A DNA stretch of 64,000 nt, taken from positions 16,926,001 to 16,990,000 of the forward strand of contig OZ024764.1 of NCBI GenBank assembly GCA_964016885.1, written 5' to 3'. Below are positions 1 through 36,354 of this stretch, piece after piece. The notes under the pieces were generated by a model. It had not been told where the DNA came from. It searched no databases and saw nothing but the letters and a program-made list of their open reading frames with translations. The first letter of the stretch is position 1. Each line of letters starts with the position of its first letter. The stretch is from Eledone cirrhosa (Eukaryota). Both the position numbers and the translations under genes were made by a program.

Positions 1-3000
1 TCAACCAACTCTGTAGAGGTCCACCACCCTCTCGCTGCTATTTCTAGCAAGTCAACCAACACTCTAGAGGTCCACCACCCTCTCGCTGCTATTTCTAGCA
101 TGTCAACCAACTCTGTAGAGGTCCACCACCCTCTCGCTGCTATTTCTAGCAAGTCAACCAACACTCTAGAGGTCCACCACCCTCTCGCTGCTATTTCTAG
201 CAAGTCAACCAACTCTGTAGAGGTCCACCACCCTCTCGCTGCTATTTCTAGCATGTCAACCAACTCTGTAGAGGTCCACCACCCTCTCGCTGCTATTTCT
301 AGCATGTCAACCAACTCTGTAGAGGTCCACCACCCTCTCGCTGCTATTTCTAGCAAGTCAACCAACTCTGTAGAGGTCCACCACCCTCTCGCTGCTATTT
401 CTAGCAAGTCAACCAACTCTGTAGAGGTCCACCACCCTCTCGCTGCTATTTCTAGCAAGTCAACCAACTCTGTAGAGGTCCACCACCCTCTCGCTGCTAT
501 TTCTAGCAAGTCAACCAACTCTGTAGAGGTCCACCACCCTCTCGCTGCTATTTCTAGCAAGTCAACCAACACTCTAGAGGTCCACCACCCTCTCGCTGCT
601 ATTTCTAGCATGTCAACCAACTCTGTAGAGGTCCACCACCCTCTCGCTGCTATTTCTAGCAAGTCAACCAACACTCTAGAGGTCCACCACCCTCTCGCTG
701 CTATTTCTAGCAAGTCAACCAACTCTGTAGAGGTCCACCACCCTCTCGCTGCTATTTCTAGCATGTCAACCAACTCTGTAGAGGTCCACCACCCTCTCGC
801 TGCTATTTCTAGCATGTCAACCAACTCTGTAGAGGTCCACCACCCTCTCGCTGCTATTTCTAGCAAGTCAACCAACTCTGTAGAGGTCCACCACCCTCTC
901 GCTGCTATTTCTAGCAAGTCAACCAACTCTGTAGAGGTCCACCACCCTCTCGCTGCTATTTCTAGCAAGTCAACCAACTCTGTAGAGGTCCACCACCCTC
1001 TCGCTGCTATTTCTAGCAAGTCAACCAACACTCTAGAGGTCCACCACCCTCTCGCTGCTATTTCTAGCATGTCAACCAACTCTGTAGAGGTCCACCACCC
1101 TCTCGCTGCTATTTCTAGCAAGTCAACCAACACTCTAGAGGTCCACCACCCTCTCGCTGCTATTTCTAGCAAGTCAACCAACTCTGTAGAGGTCCACCAC
1201 CCTCTCGCTGCTATTTCTAGCATGTCAACCAACTCTGTAGAGGTCCACCACCCTCTCGCTGCTATTTCTAGCATGTCAACCAACTCTGTAGAGGTCCACC
1301 ACCCTCTCGCTGCTATTTCTAGCAAGTCAACCAACTCTGTAGAGGTCCACCACCCTCTCGCTGCTATTTCTAGCAAGTCAACCAACTCTGTAGAGGTCCA
1401 CCACCCTCTCGCTGCTATTTCTAGCAAGTCAACCAACTCTGTAGAGGTCCACCACCCTCTCGCTGCTATTTCTAGCAAGTCAACCAACTCTGTAGAGGTC
1501 CACCACCCTCTCGCTGCTATTTCTAGCAAGTCAACCAACTCTGTAGAGGTCCACCACCCTCTCGCTGCTATTTCTAGCAAGTCAACCAACTCTGTAGAGG
1601 TCCACCACCCTCTCGCTGCTGCTATTTCTAGCAAGTCAACCAACTCTGTAGAGGTCCACCACCCTCTCGCTGCTGCTATTTCTAGCAAGTCAACCAACTC
1701 TGTAGAGGTCCACCACCCTCTCGCTGCTGCTATTTCTAGCAAGTCAACCAACTCTGTAGAGGTCCACCACCCTCTCGCTGCTATTTCTAGCAAGTCAACC
1801 AACTCTGTAGAGGTCCACCACCCTCTCGCTGCTATTTCTAGCAAGTCAACCAACTCTGTAGAGGTCCACCACCCTCTCGCTGCTGCTATTTCTAGCAAGT
1901 CAACCAACTCTGTAGAGGTCCACCACCCTCTCGCTGCTGCTATTTCTAGCAAGTCAACCAACTCTGTAGAGGTCCACCACCCTCTCGCTGCTGCTATTTC
2001 TAGCAAGTCAACCAACTCTGTAGAGGTCCACCACCCTCTCGCTGCTGCTATTTCTAGCAAGTCAACCAACTCTGTAGAGGTCCACCACCCTCTCGCTGCT
2101 GCTATTTCTAGCAAGTCAACCAACTCTGTAGAGGTCCACCACCCTCTCGCTGCTGCTATTTCTAGCAAGTCAACCAACTCTGTAGAGGTCCACCACCCTC
2201 TCGCTGCTATTTCTAGCAAGTCAACCAACTCTGTAGAGGTCCACCACCCTCTCGCTGCTATTTCTAGCAAGTCAACCAACTCTGTAGAGGTCCACCACCC
2301 TCTCGCTGCTGCTATTTCTAGCAAGTCAACCAACTCTGTAGAGGTCCACCACCCTCTCGCTGCTGCTATTTCTAGCAAGTCAACCAACTCTGTAGAGGTC
2401 CACCACCCTCTCGCTGCTATTTCTAGCATGTCAACCAACTCTGTAGAGGTCCACCACCCTCTCGCTGCTGCTATTTCTAGCATGTCAACCAACTCTGTAG
2501 AGGTCCACCACCCTCTCGCTGCTATTTCTAGCATGTCAACCAACTCTGTAGAGGTCCACCACCCTCTCGCTGCTATTTCTAGCATGTCAACCAACTCTGT
2601 AGAGGTCCACCACCCTCTCGCTGCTGCTATTTCTAGCATGTCAACCAACTCTGTAGAGGTCCACCACCCTCTCGCTGCTGCTATTTCTAGCATGTCAACC
2701 AACTCTGTAGAGGTCCACCACCCTCTCGCTGCTATTTCTAGCATGTCAACCAACTCTGTAGAGGTCCACCACCCTCTCGCTGCTGCTATTTCTAGCAAGT
2801 CAACCAACTCTGTAGAGGTCCACCACCCTCTCGCTGCTGCTATTTCTAGCAAGTCAACCAACTCTGTAGAGGTCCACCACCCTCTCGCTGCTATTTCTAG
2901 CATGTCAACCAACTCTGTAGAGGTCCACCACCCTCTCGCTGCTGCTATTTCTAGCATGTCAACCAACTCTGTAGAGGTCCACCACCCTCTCGCTGCTATT

Positions 3001-6000
3001 TCTAGCATGTCAACCAACTCTGTAGAGGTCCACCACCCTCTCGCTGCTGCTATTTCTAGCATGTCAACCAACTCTGTAGAGGTCCACCACCCTCTCGCTG
3101 CTATTTCTAGCAAGTCAACCAACTCTGTAGAGGTCCACCACCCTCTCGCTGCTGCTATTTCTAGCAAGTCAACCAACTCTGTAGAGGTCCACCACCCTCT
3201 CGCTGCTGCTATTTCTAGCAAGTCAACCAACTCTGTAGAGGTCCACCACCCTCTCGCTGCTGCTATTTCTAGCATGTCAACCAACTCTTATTAGGTCCAC
3301 CACCCTCTCGCTGCTATTTCTAGCAAGTCAACCAACTCTGTAGAGGTCCACCACCCTCTCGCTGCTATTTCTAGCAAGTCAACCAACTCTGTAGAGGTCC
3401 ACCACCCTCTCGCTGCTGCTATTTCTAGCAAGTCAACCAACTCTGTAGAGGTCCACCACCCTCTCGCTGCTATTTCTAGCAAGTCAACCAACTCTGTAGA
3501 GGTCCACCACCCTCTCGCTGCTATTTCTAGCAAGTCAACCAACTCTGTAGAGGTCCACCACCCTCTCGCTGCTGCTATTTCTAGCATGTCAACCAACTCT
3601 GTAGAGGTCCACCACCCTCTCGCTGCTACTATTTCTAGCAAGTCAACCAACTCTGTAGAGGTCCACCACCCTCTCGCTGCTATTTCTAGCAAGTCAACCA
3701 ACTCTGTAGAGGTCCACCACCCTCTCGCTGCTATTTCTAGCAAGTCAACCAACTCTGTAGAGGTCCACCACCCTCTCGCTGCTATTTCTAGCAAGTCAAC
3801 CAACTCTGTAGAGGTCCACCACCCTCTCGCTGCTGCTATTTCTAGCATGTCAACCAACTCTGTAGAGGTCCACCACCCTCTCGCTGCTGCTATTTCTAGC
3901 ATGTCAACCAACTCTGTAGAGGTCCACCACCCTCTCGCTGCTACTATTTCTAGCAAGTCAACCAACTCTGTAGAGGTCCACCACCCTCTCGCTGCTATTT
4001 CTAGCAAGTCAACCAACTCTGTAGAGGTCCACCACCCTCTCGCTGCTATTTCTAGCAAGTCAACCAACTCTGTAGAGGTCCACCACCCTCTCGCTGCTAT
4101 TTCTAGCAAGTCAACCAACTCTGTAGAGGTCCACCACCCTCTCGCTGCTATTTCTAGCATGTCAACCAACTCTGTAGAGGTCCACCACCCTCTCGCTGCT
4201 GCTATTTCTAGCAAGTCAACCAACTCTGTAGAGGTCCACCACCCTCTCGCTGCTATTTCTAGCATGTCAACCAACTCTGTAGAGGTCCACCACCCTCTCG
4301 CTGCTATTTCTAGCAAGTCAACCAACTCTGTAGAGGTTCACCACCCTCTCGCTGCTATTTCTAGCATGTCAACCAACTCTGTAGAGGTCCACCACCCTCT
4401 CGCTGCTGCTATTTCTAGCAAGTCAACCAACTCTGTAGAGGTCCACCACCCTCTCGCTGCTGCTATTTCTAGCAAGTCAACCAACTCTGTAGAGGTCCAC
4501 CACCCTCTCGCTGCTGCTATTTCTAGCAAGTCAACCAACTCTGTAGAGGTCCACCACCCTCTCGCTGCTGCTATTTCTAGCAAGTCAACCAACTCTGTAG
4601 AGGTCCACCACCCTCTCGCTGCTGCTATTTCTAGCATGTCAACCAACTCTGTAGAGGTCCACCACCCTCTCGCTGCTATTTCTAGCATGTCAACCAACTC
4701 TGTAGAGGTCCACCACCCTCTCGCTGCTATTTCTAGCATGTCAACCAACTCTGTAGAGGTCCACCACCCTCTCGCTGCTGCTATTTCTAGCATGTCAACC
4801 AACTCTGTAGAGGTCCACCACCCTCTCGCTGCTGCTATTTCTAGCATGTCAACCAACTCTGTAGAGGTCCACCACCCTCTCGCTGCTATTTCTAGCATGT
4901 CAACCAACTCTGTAGAGGTCCACCACCCTCTCGCTGCTGCTATTTCTAGCAAGTCAACCAACTCTGTAGAGGTCCACCACCCTCTCGCTGCTGCTATTTC
5001 TAGCAAGTCAACCAACTCTGTAGAGGTCCACCACCCTCTCGCTGCTATTTCTAGCATGTCAACCAACTCTGTAGAGGTCCACCACCCTCTCGCTGCTGCT
5101 ATTTCTAGCATGTCAACCAACTCTGTAGAGGTCCACCACCCTCTCGCTGCTATTTCTAGCATGTCAACCAACTCTGTAGAGGTCCACCACCCTCTCGCTG
5201 CTGCTATTTCTAGCATGTCAACCAACTCTGTAGAGGTCCACCACCCTCTCGCTGCTATTTCTAGCAAGTCAACCAACTCTGTAGAGGTCCACCACCCTCT
5301 CGCTGCTGCTATTTCTAGCAAGTCAACCAACTCTGTAGAGGTCCACCACCCTCTCGCTGCTGCTATTTCTAGCAAGTCAACCAACTCTGTAGAGGTCCAC
5401 CACCCTCTCGCTGCTGCTATTTCTAGCATGTCAACCAACTCTTATTAGGTCCACCACCCTCTCGCTGCTATTTCTAGCAAGTCAACCAACTCTGTAGAGG
5501 TCCACCACCCTCTCGCTGCTATTTCTAGCAAGTCAACCAACTCTGTAGAGGTCCACCACCCTCTCGCTGCTGCTATTTCTAGCAAGTCAACCAACTCTGT
5601 AGAGGTCCACCACCCTCTCGCTGCTATTTCTAGCAAGTCAACCAACTCTGTAGAGGTCCACCACCCTCTCGCTGCTATTTCTAGCAAGTCAACCAACTCT
5701 GTAGAGGTCCACCACCCTCTCGCTGCTGCTATTTCTAGCATGTCAACCAACTCTGTAGAGGTCCACCACCCTCTCGCTGCTACTATTTCTAGCAAGTCAA
5801 CCAACTCTGTAGAGGTCCACCACCCTCTCGCTGCTATTTCTAGCAAGTCAACCAACTCTGTAGAGGTCCACCACCCTCTCGCTGCTATTTCTAGCAAGTC
5901 AACCAACTCTGTAGAGGTCCACCACCCTCTCGCTGCTATTTCTAGCAAGTCAACCAACTCTGTAGAGGTCCACCACCCTCTCGCTGCTGCTATTTCTAGC

Positions 6001-6752
6001 ATGTCAACCAACTCTGTAGAGGTCCACCACCCTCTCGCTGCTGCTATTTCTAGCATGTCAACCAACTCTGTAGAGGTCCACCACCCTCTCGCTGCTACTA
6101 TTTCTAGCAAGTCAACCAACTCTGTAGAGGTCCACCACCCTCTCGCTGCTATTTCTAGCAAGTCAACCAACTCTGTAGAGGTCCACCACCCTCTCGCTGC
6201 TATTTCTAGCAAGTCAACCAACTCTGTAGAGGTCCACCACCCTCTCGCTGCTATTTCTAGCAAGTCAACCAACTCTGTAGAGGTCCACCACCCTCTCGCT
6301 GCTATTTCTAGCATGTCAACCAACTCTGTAGAGGTCCACCACCCTCTCGCTGCTGCTATTTCTAGCAAGTCAACCAACTCTGTAGAGGTCCACCACCCTC
6401 TCGCTGCTATTTCTAGCATGTCAACCAACTCTGTAGAGGTCCACCACCCTCTCGCTGCTATTTCTAGCAAGTCAACCAACTCTGTAGAGGTTCACCACCC
6501 TCTCGCTGCTATTTCTAGCATGTCAACCAACTCTGTAGAGGTCCACCACCCTCTCGCTGCTGCTATTTCTAGCAAGTCAACCAACTCTGTAGAGGTCCAC
6601 CACCCTCTCGCTGCTGCTATTTCTAGCAAGTCAACCAACTCTGTAGAGGTCCACCACCCTCTCGCTGCTGCTATTTCTAGCATGTCAACCAACTCTGTAG
6701 AGGTCCACCACCCTCTCGCTGCTATTTCTAGCAAGTCAACCAACACTCTAGA
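1..6752. repeat. 51/54-bp minisatellite array (TCAACCAACTCTGTAGAGGTCCACCACCCTCTCGCT(GCT)GCTATTTCTAGCAWG), open at the left window edge
   Basis: About 130 near-identical head-to-tail units. The unit length is a multiple of 3, which explains the long artefactual ORFs. Confidence 0.98.
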
Positions 6753-7112
6753 GCCCCCCCTAGTGTTAGGTGCAAGTTAATTGTTATTTCAATTGTTTCC
6801 TTTTAAAACAAAGGAGTTTGGTTAGTTCGGAAGCTGAACACATATTACAAATACCGAGCCAGCTTCAAGCCTTTAGCATTCAAACCAGCCATATCCGGCC
6901 AGAATTTTCTCACCTCCTCCAGTTCAAACAGACTGTAACTGGTTACTTATACTGATGTTGTATAATAATTGTTTCTACTTTTGGCACTAGGCCAGCAATT
7001 ACCCAGTGCATTACTGGTACTTTATTTTATCGACCTCGGAAGGATGGTCGTGGAGGTGCCACGGCTAAAAGCACCCAGGTTATAATAATAATAATAATAA
7101 TAATAATGATAA

Positions 7113-7555
7113 AGGCGCATGGCTTAGTGGTTAGAGCATTGGCCTTGCAATCGAAAGGTTGTGAGTTCAATTCTCAGGCTGGGTGATGTGTTATTACCCT
7201 GAGCAAGACACTTTATTTCACATTGCTCCAGTTTACTCAGCTGTAGAAATGAGATGATAGGGACTGGGGTCCCTATCATTCCACTACAAAGTGGCCGTGG
7301 AGGTGCCACGGCAAAAAGCACCCAGCCCACACTGTAAAGTGGTCGTGTAGGCCCCACAGAAAAAAGCACCCAGCACTCACTGTAAATGAGGTTGGTATTA
7401 GGAAGGGCATCCAGCTGTAGAAATCAAGCCAGAATCAGTTCCCGTATGAGCAAGACAAGGTCAGCCGACTGGACACTGCCCACAACAGGACAACCCGTCT
7501 AACCCATGCTAGCATGGAAGAACGGACGTAAAACGGTGATGATGATGATGAATGA
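7113..7555 (+). mobile_element. tRNA-derived SINE, family A (CORE-like body, RTE-like 3' tail ending in (ATG)n)
   Basis: A box TGGCTTAGTGG, B box GAGTTCAATTC, CORE-like CCTGAGCAAGACACTTTATTTCAC...CAGCTGTAGAAATGAG, tail AACCCATGCTAGCATGGAAG..(GAT)n. Further copies near 16450-16620(-), 35240-35405(-) and 60580-60875(-). Confidence 0.8.
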
Positions 7556-8820
7556 AATTATTGTGTACAGTGCTCAGGTGCACTACAACTTATCAAAGGT
7601 GCATGTATAGTACAAATGTCAGTGAATAGTGTATGAGTCATGATATACATGTGTGCGTGTGTATGGAGGGGGAATATCAGGTGTAGTGTTGGCGAATCTC
7701 AGGAAGCATGGAGGTTTTAAGGGATGCAGTGTCTCAGCAGCTAACAACCCGAATGAAGCTAGTACAGCGTTCCTTTGTCAGTGTTGAACAAATGAGCAAC
7801 GATGGTTGCTAGACACTGTACGGCTTAATTTGGGTTGTTTGTTTACAAACACACCGAGCATTATAATAAATGTTCGGTGAATCCATACGTACATGTATAT
7901 ATGTGTGCATGTATGTATATACATATACATACTACTGTACGTCTGTATACATATATGTATGTAACATGTATGGTAACATGTATCCCAGTACAACCTGTCT
8001 CATGGTCGGGACGTTGGCGACTAAACTGGCAACCCCACCAAGGTTTCTTGGTGAGGAGGGTGACTTTGGACATCCTGCAGGACTAAAAACAAAACCTGTC
8101 AAAGGGCAAAGGAGCTCTTAAGAGTCAATGGCCATCCAAAATCACCGGGAGAGATGACCCCTTAGCCTTTGTCAAGGCAGAATTCTAGGAGAAGGAAAAC
8201 TCTGATATAACACCTGCAACCCTGATGGTATCCAATGATGTTGACTTGTTCTTCTTTTTGGTAAATATCAACTTGGTTAAGAGAGTGGGACTGGCTTTGT
8301 GCAGTGCCTTTGCTCACTATAAAAGCTTCACGGCACAGGCATTGCTTTATATCTGGAGATCTCTCTGCACTTGTCGTCACATGGTGCCATGGGCCCAGCA
8401 CTATGTGTCAATAATTGTCATAAGTGTAGTGTTTGTACCAGAGTTTTCAAGTCGCTGGCTGGACTAAAAAGTCACACTCGTTCAGCGCATCGGTAGGGGT
8501 TCTCCTACATGGATATAAAGTAGTGGCCGTACTCGAAAACGAGTTGGCAGCCACCATGTATGTGTACATACTTATATTTAAGTAACAGCCGTACTAAGAG
8601 TGAGAAATGAAATTTAGTTTCATTTTTTCCGTTTATGTAATATTCATTCATTGTTTATTCAAAGTAATCCAACTTATTTTACAAACGGGATAAAAAGAAA
8701 TAAACTGTACACAGTCCTGCACTCCTTACTTTATTATAGTCCAGATAGATAGATACTCATATACACGTCTGTCTGTTGAATAACATTTTAGTTATTTATA
8801 TTTCTTATTCAGATCTGAAG

Positions 8821-32223
<23,403 letters not shown>

Positions 32224-32305
32224 AGGGACCTGTTATTTTTATCTAAAGACATTTCTTCCAATTCCACCCCACCCGTCCCCTCAATCTACCTTATTCCTCA
32301 TTCTT

Positions 32306-32341
32306 TCTTCTGATGAAGGACTGTCGTCCGAAACGTTAAGA
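32306..32341 (+). ncRNA. Minimal (Penelope-type) hammerhead ribozyme motif in the putative CTSA 3' UTR
   Basis: TCTT-CTGATGA-A-GGAC(TGTC)GTCC-GAAA-CGT-T-AAGA: core boxes, 4-bp stem I, 4-bp stem II, palindromic ACGT stem III, GUU cleavage triplet. Confidence 0.75.
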
Positions 32342-32427
32342 CCCTCTTCCTGCTATATCAAGTGTTAACCTAGTATATCCCTTCCATATACTGTACTGAT
32401 TGTGTTGTTATTTCTGTTTACCTTTTA

Positions 32428-32455
32428 CATATATATATATGTATATATATATATG

Positions 32456-32486
<31 letters not shown>

Positions 32487-32496
32487 GATATATGTC

Positions 32497-32561
<65 letters not shown>

Positions 32562-32604
32562 GTATATATATATGTATATATATGTATATATATGTATATA
32601 TATG

Positions 32605-32697
<93 letters not shown>

Positions 32698-32760
32698 GTA
32701 TATATATATATGTATATATATGTATGTATATATATATATGTATATATATGTATGTATATG

Positions 32761-32834
<74 letters not shown>

Positions 32835-32952
32835 TATGTATATATATGTATGTATATATATATATGTATATATATGTATATATATATATGTATGTATATA
32901 TATATATATGTATATATATATGTATGTATATATATATGTATGTATATATATG

Positions 32953-32991
<39 letters not shown>

Positions 32992-33088
32992 GTATATATA
33001 TATGTATATATATGTATATATATGTATGTATATATATATGTATATATATGTATATATATGTATATGTATGTATATATATATATGTATG

Positions 33089-33142
<54 letters not shown>

Positions 33143-33164
33143 TGTATATATATGTATATATATG

Positions 33165-33212
<48 letters not shown>

Positions 33213-33234
33213 TGTATATATATGTATATATATG

Positions 33235-33268
<34 letters not shown>

Positions 33269-33312
33269 TGTATATATATGTATGTATATATATGTATATA
33301 TGTATGTATATG

Positions 33313-33372
<60 letters not shown>

Positions 33373-33512
33373 TATGTATATATATGTATGTATGTATATA
33401 TATGTATATATGTATGTATATGTATGTATGTATATATATGTATATATATATATGTATGTATATATATATGTATATATATATGTATATATATATATATTTA
33501 TATATATATATA
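32428..33512. repeat. (TA/TG)n alternating purine-pyrimidine microsatellite
   Basis: Seen directly. Confidence 0.95.
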
Positions 33513-33631
33513 TTTATTAAAATAACAGATTAAAGTTTAAGCAAAGAATCGCTGGTTTCACCCTTAATGGGATCTTAAGGGTGAAACCAGCGATTCTTTG
33601 CTTAAACTTTAATCTGTTATTTTAATAAATA

Positions 33632-34194
33632 CTAGCAGAATGGCCCGGCGTTGCTCGGGATTTGCTCTAGGGTTCACACCAACCTGATGAACATCTGGCT
33701 TAGAACAGACTTTCACTTAACCTGTTGACTGCTGTTTATACATGTTAGGATGAGTTATCTCATCTACGGCACTGAAGTGGTTGAACTACAGAGAAGCCAT
33801 TTATAAGAAAAGCTAAATATTTTAACCACATGTCTGTAGAATGAGAGCTGTGATCTTTGAAGTAGCTGCAGTAGCTACCGGGAGTGATTCTCTGAGCTAC
33901 GACTCGCTGAAGACTGTGTCTTTGGATTTGGATTCTTTCTCCTCTTTTTTATTAATGTGTAAATGCGTGTGTGTGTGCATTTATATGTATGAGTATATAA
34001 ACATAAACTTGCAAACACACACTCTCAGACATATATATTCACACAAACACGCACACACATTTACACAATCACACATACTCACAGTGTAGCAAATGGAACG
34101 CCACCTGCTGGTTTGGTATTTTCACCATCCCCTTCCTTCCTTTTACACACATACACTGACAGACAGACAGACTTCACTGAAATTTATATATAGA
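33632..34194 (-). mobile_element. Non-autonomous Helitron
   Basis: On the minus strand: A|TCTATATATAAA start at 34194, 3' hairpin CCCGAGCAACGCCGGG, CTAG|T end at 33632. A related internal piece lies at about 25730-26090. Confidence 0.8.
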
Positions 34195-34389
34195 TGATAA
34201 GGAGGATGATGATGATAATTTCCAAAAAAATATATTTTTTTTAAGGTAAACAAAATTCTTTGTGCAATAATAGGGAAATCAATAATTAATTAATAGCTTG
34301 TTAATAAGTGATTGATGAATGACTGGATAATCAATATGTGATCATTTAACAACACATTGTTCCATTGTATGAAAATTTTATAATTTGTT

Positions 34390-34395
34390 AATAAA
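34390..34395 (+). terminator. Candidate CTSA polyadenylation signal
   Basis: AATAAA followed 20-50 nt later by a U/GU-rich tract. The position is inferred, with no transcript evidence. Confidence 0.4.
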
Positions 34396-34538
34396 ATTGA
34401 AATTGGAAATGTTTCATTTCCTGGGTTTTTTACATTTCTTTTTTCCCTTTACACCCATAGCAAGCAATGGCACTATTTCATAGCTGTGGAATAATTTGGT
34501 TGTACTTTGTCACTCACCAGTCCTTAGTGTGTGTGTGA

Positions 34539-35255
34539 CAGCTCACACCTTTGCAGGTTTAGCTGGCCTCCTCCAAGGTATATCTCGTTGGAGGTGTCTC
34601 GGGTAATTTAACGATAGGGACCCCAGTCCTATCATGTTGTTACAGCTCACACCTCTGCAGGTTTAGCTGGCCTCCTCCAAGGTATATCTCGTTGGAGGTG
34701 TCTTGGGTAATTTAACGATAGGGACCCCAGTCCTATCATGTTGTTACAGCTCACACCTCTGCAGGTTTAGCTGGCCTCCTCCAAGGTATATCTCGTTGGA
34801 GGTGTCTCGGGTGATTTAATGATAGGGACCCCAGTCCTATCATGTTGTTACAGCTCACACCTCTGCAGGTTTAGCTGGCCTCCTCCAAGGTATATCTCGT
34901 TGGAGGTGTCTTGGGTAATTTAACGATAGGGACCCCAGTCCTATCATGTTGTTACAGCTCACACCTCTGCAGGTTTAGCTGGCCTCCTCCAAGGTATATC
35001 TTGTTGGAGGTGTCTTGGGTAATTTAACGATAGGGACCCCAGTCCTATCATGTTGTTACAGCTCACACCTCTGCAGGTTTAGCTGGCCTCCTCCAAGGTA
35101 TATCTCGTTGGAGGTGTCTTGGGTAATTTAACGATAGGGACCCCAGTCCTATCATGTTGTTACAGCTCACACCTCTGCAGGTTTAGCTGGCCTCCTCCAA
35201 GGTATATCTCGTTGGAGGTGTCTTGGGTGATTTAACGATAGGGACCCCAGTCCCT
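34539..35255. repeat. 104-bp x7 tandem array abutting a family-A SINE
   Basis: Period 104 (CAGCTCACACCT at 34539, 34643, 34747...). The unit includes SINE sequence GATAGGGACCCCAGTCC and a CCTCCAA/TTGGAGG hairpin. Confidence 0.93.
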
Positions 35256-35995
35256 ATCATCTCATTTCTACAGATGAGTAAACTGGAGCAATGTGAAATA
35301 AAGTGTCTTGCTCAAGGAAACAACACATCACCCGGTCCGAGAATTGAACTCACAACCTTTCGATTGCAAGCCCAATGCTCTAACCACTAAGCCATGCGCC
35401 TTCACCAGCCCTTAGATTTGACGGTGTATGAATACCAAAAGTCTACTTGGACCCCACAGTTGCTTCGTGCCTTTTTTTACTTCTCCCTATCAGTTGTGGC
35501 TTGAATTTTGTGGACACAAGGAGTCACGAATTATGTTCCCGGTCGATACTAGCAAGGTGTAGCAGTTAACAAGGAACTTTGGCCCTCTCAGCAAGGGCTC
35601 AACATCAACACACTTTGTTTTTGTTCAACTTAACCCTTTAGCATTTACATTACTCTATATATACTATTGTATTTTCACGGAGGTGCCCCGGCAAAAAAGC
35701 ACCCAGCCCACACTGTAAAGTGGTCGTGGAGGTGCCACGGCAAAAAAGCACCCAGCCCACACTGTAAAGTAGACGTGTAGGTGCCCCGGCAAAAAAGCAC
35801 CCAGCCCACACTGTAAATGAGCTTGGTGTTAGGAAGGACATCCAGCTGTAGAAATCAAGCCAGAATCAGTTCCTGTATGAGCATGCGTAGTTGAACTTTA
35901 AAATACTGCAAAGAATTCTATCTGATGTTCTAACAATTCTACCAAATTACCTTATGTATATATATTTATATCTAGAGATAAAAAGAAAACTGAAG

Positions 35996-36026
<31 letters not shown>

Positions 36027-36354
36027 CATGAAACCTTATATGTAACCAAGACCAGGATTGAACACCAAACCAGGACCTCCACGATTTCTGGTATAACCCA
36101 CCAGACCACCATATTGACTACAAAAATCTGCTGAATTTAATATCTATAAGCCTACTTTCAATATTAAAATAATTAACATGTGGTGTTGTTCATGCCTTTC
36201 TCTATGTTATTGGTAAAAATTAAAGTATTTAAACCTCAGATTTTGTTATTCAAATATGCTTACTTGTGTAATTATAAATATCGCAGAATACACATACATA
36301 TATAGATGTGAAAATATTCAGGACCCCAACGGCTGTGCTACTGCCGTTTCGACA

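Noticed and set aside
100-6780. Long ORFs (1064 aa, 620 aa and others) as a repetitive structural protein
   Set aside because: They are open on both strands only because the 51/54-bp unit lacks stops. There is no unique N- or C-terminus and almost no synonymous divergence.
33683-33700. Other CTGANGA matches (33684, 43322, 48364, 55932) as hammerheads
   Set aside because: No stem II followed by GAAA at the right distance.
35996-36115. A30 tract as a processed pseudogene tail
   Set aside because: No coding sequence lies upstream. It fits better as the T-run after a degenerate minus-strand tRNA-like SINE head.
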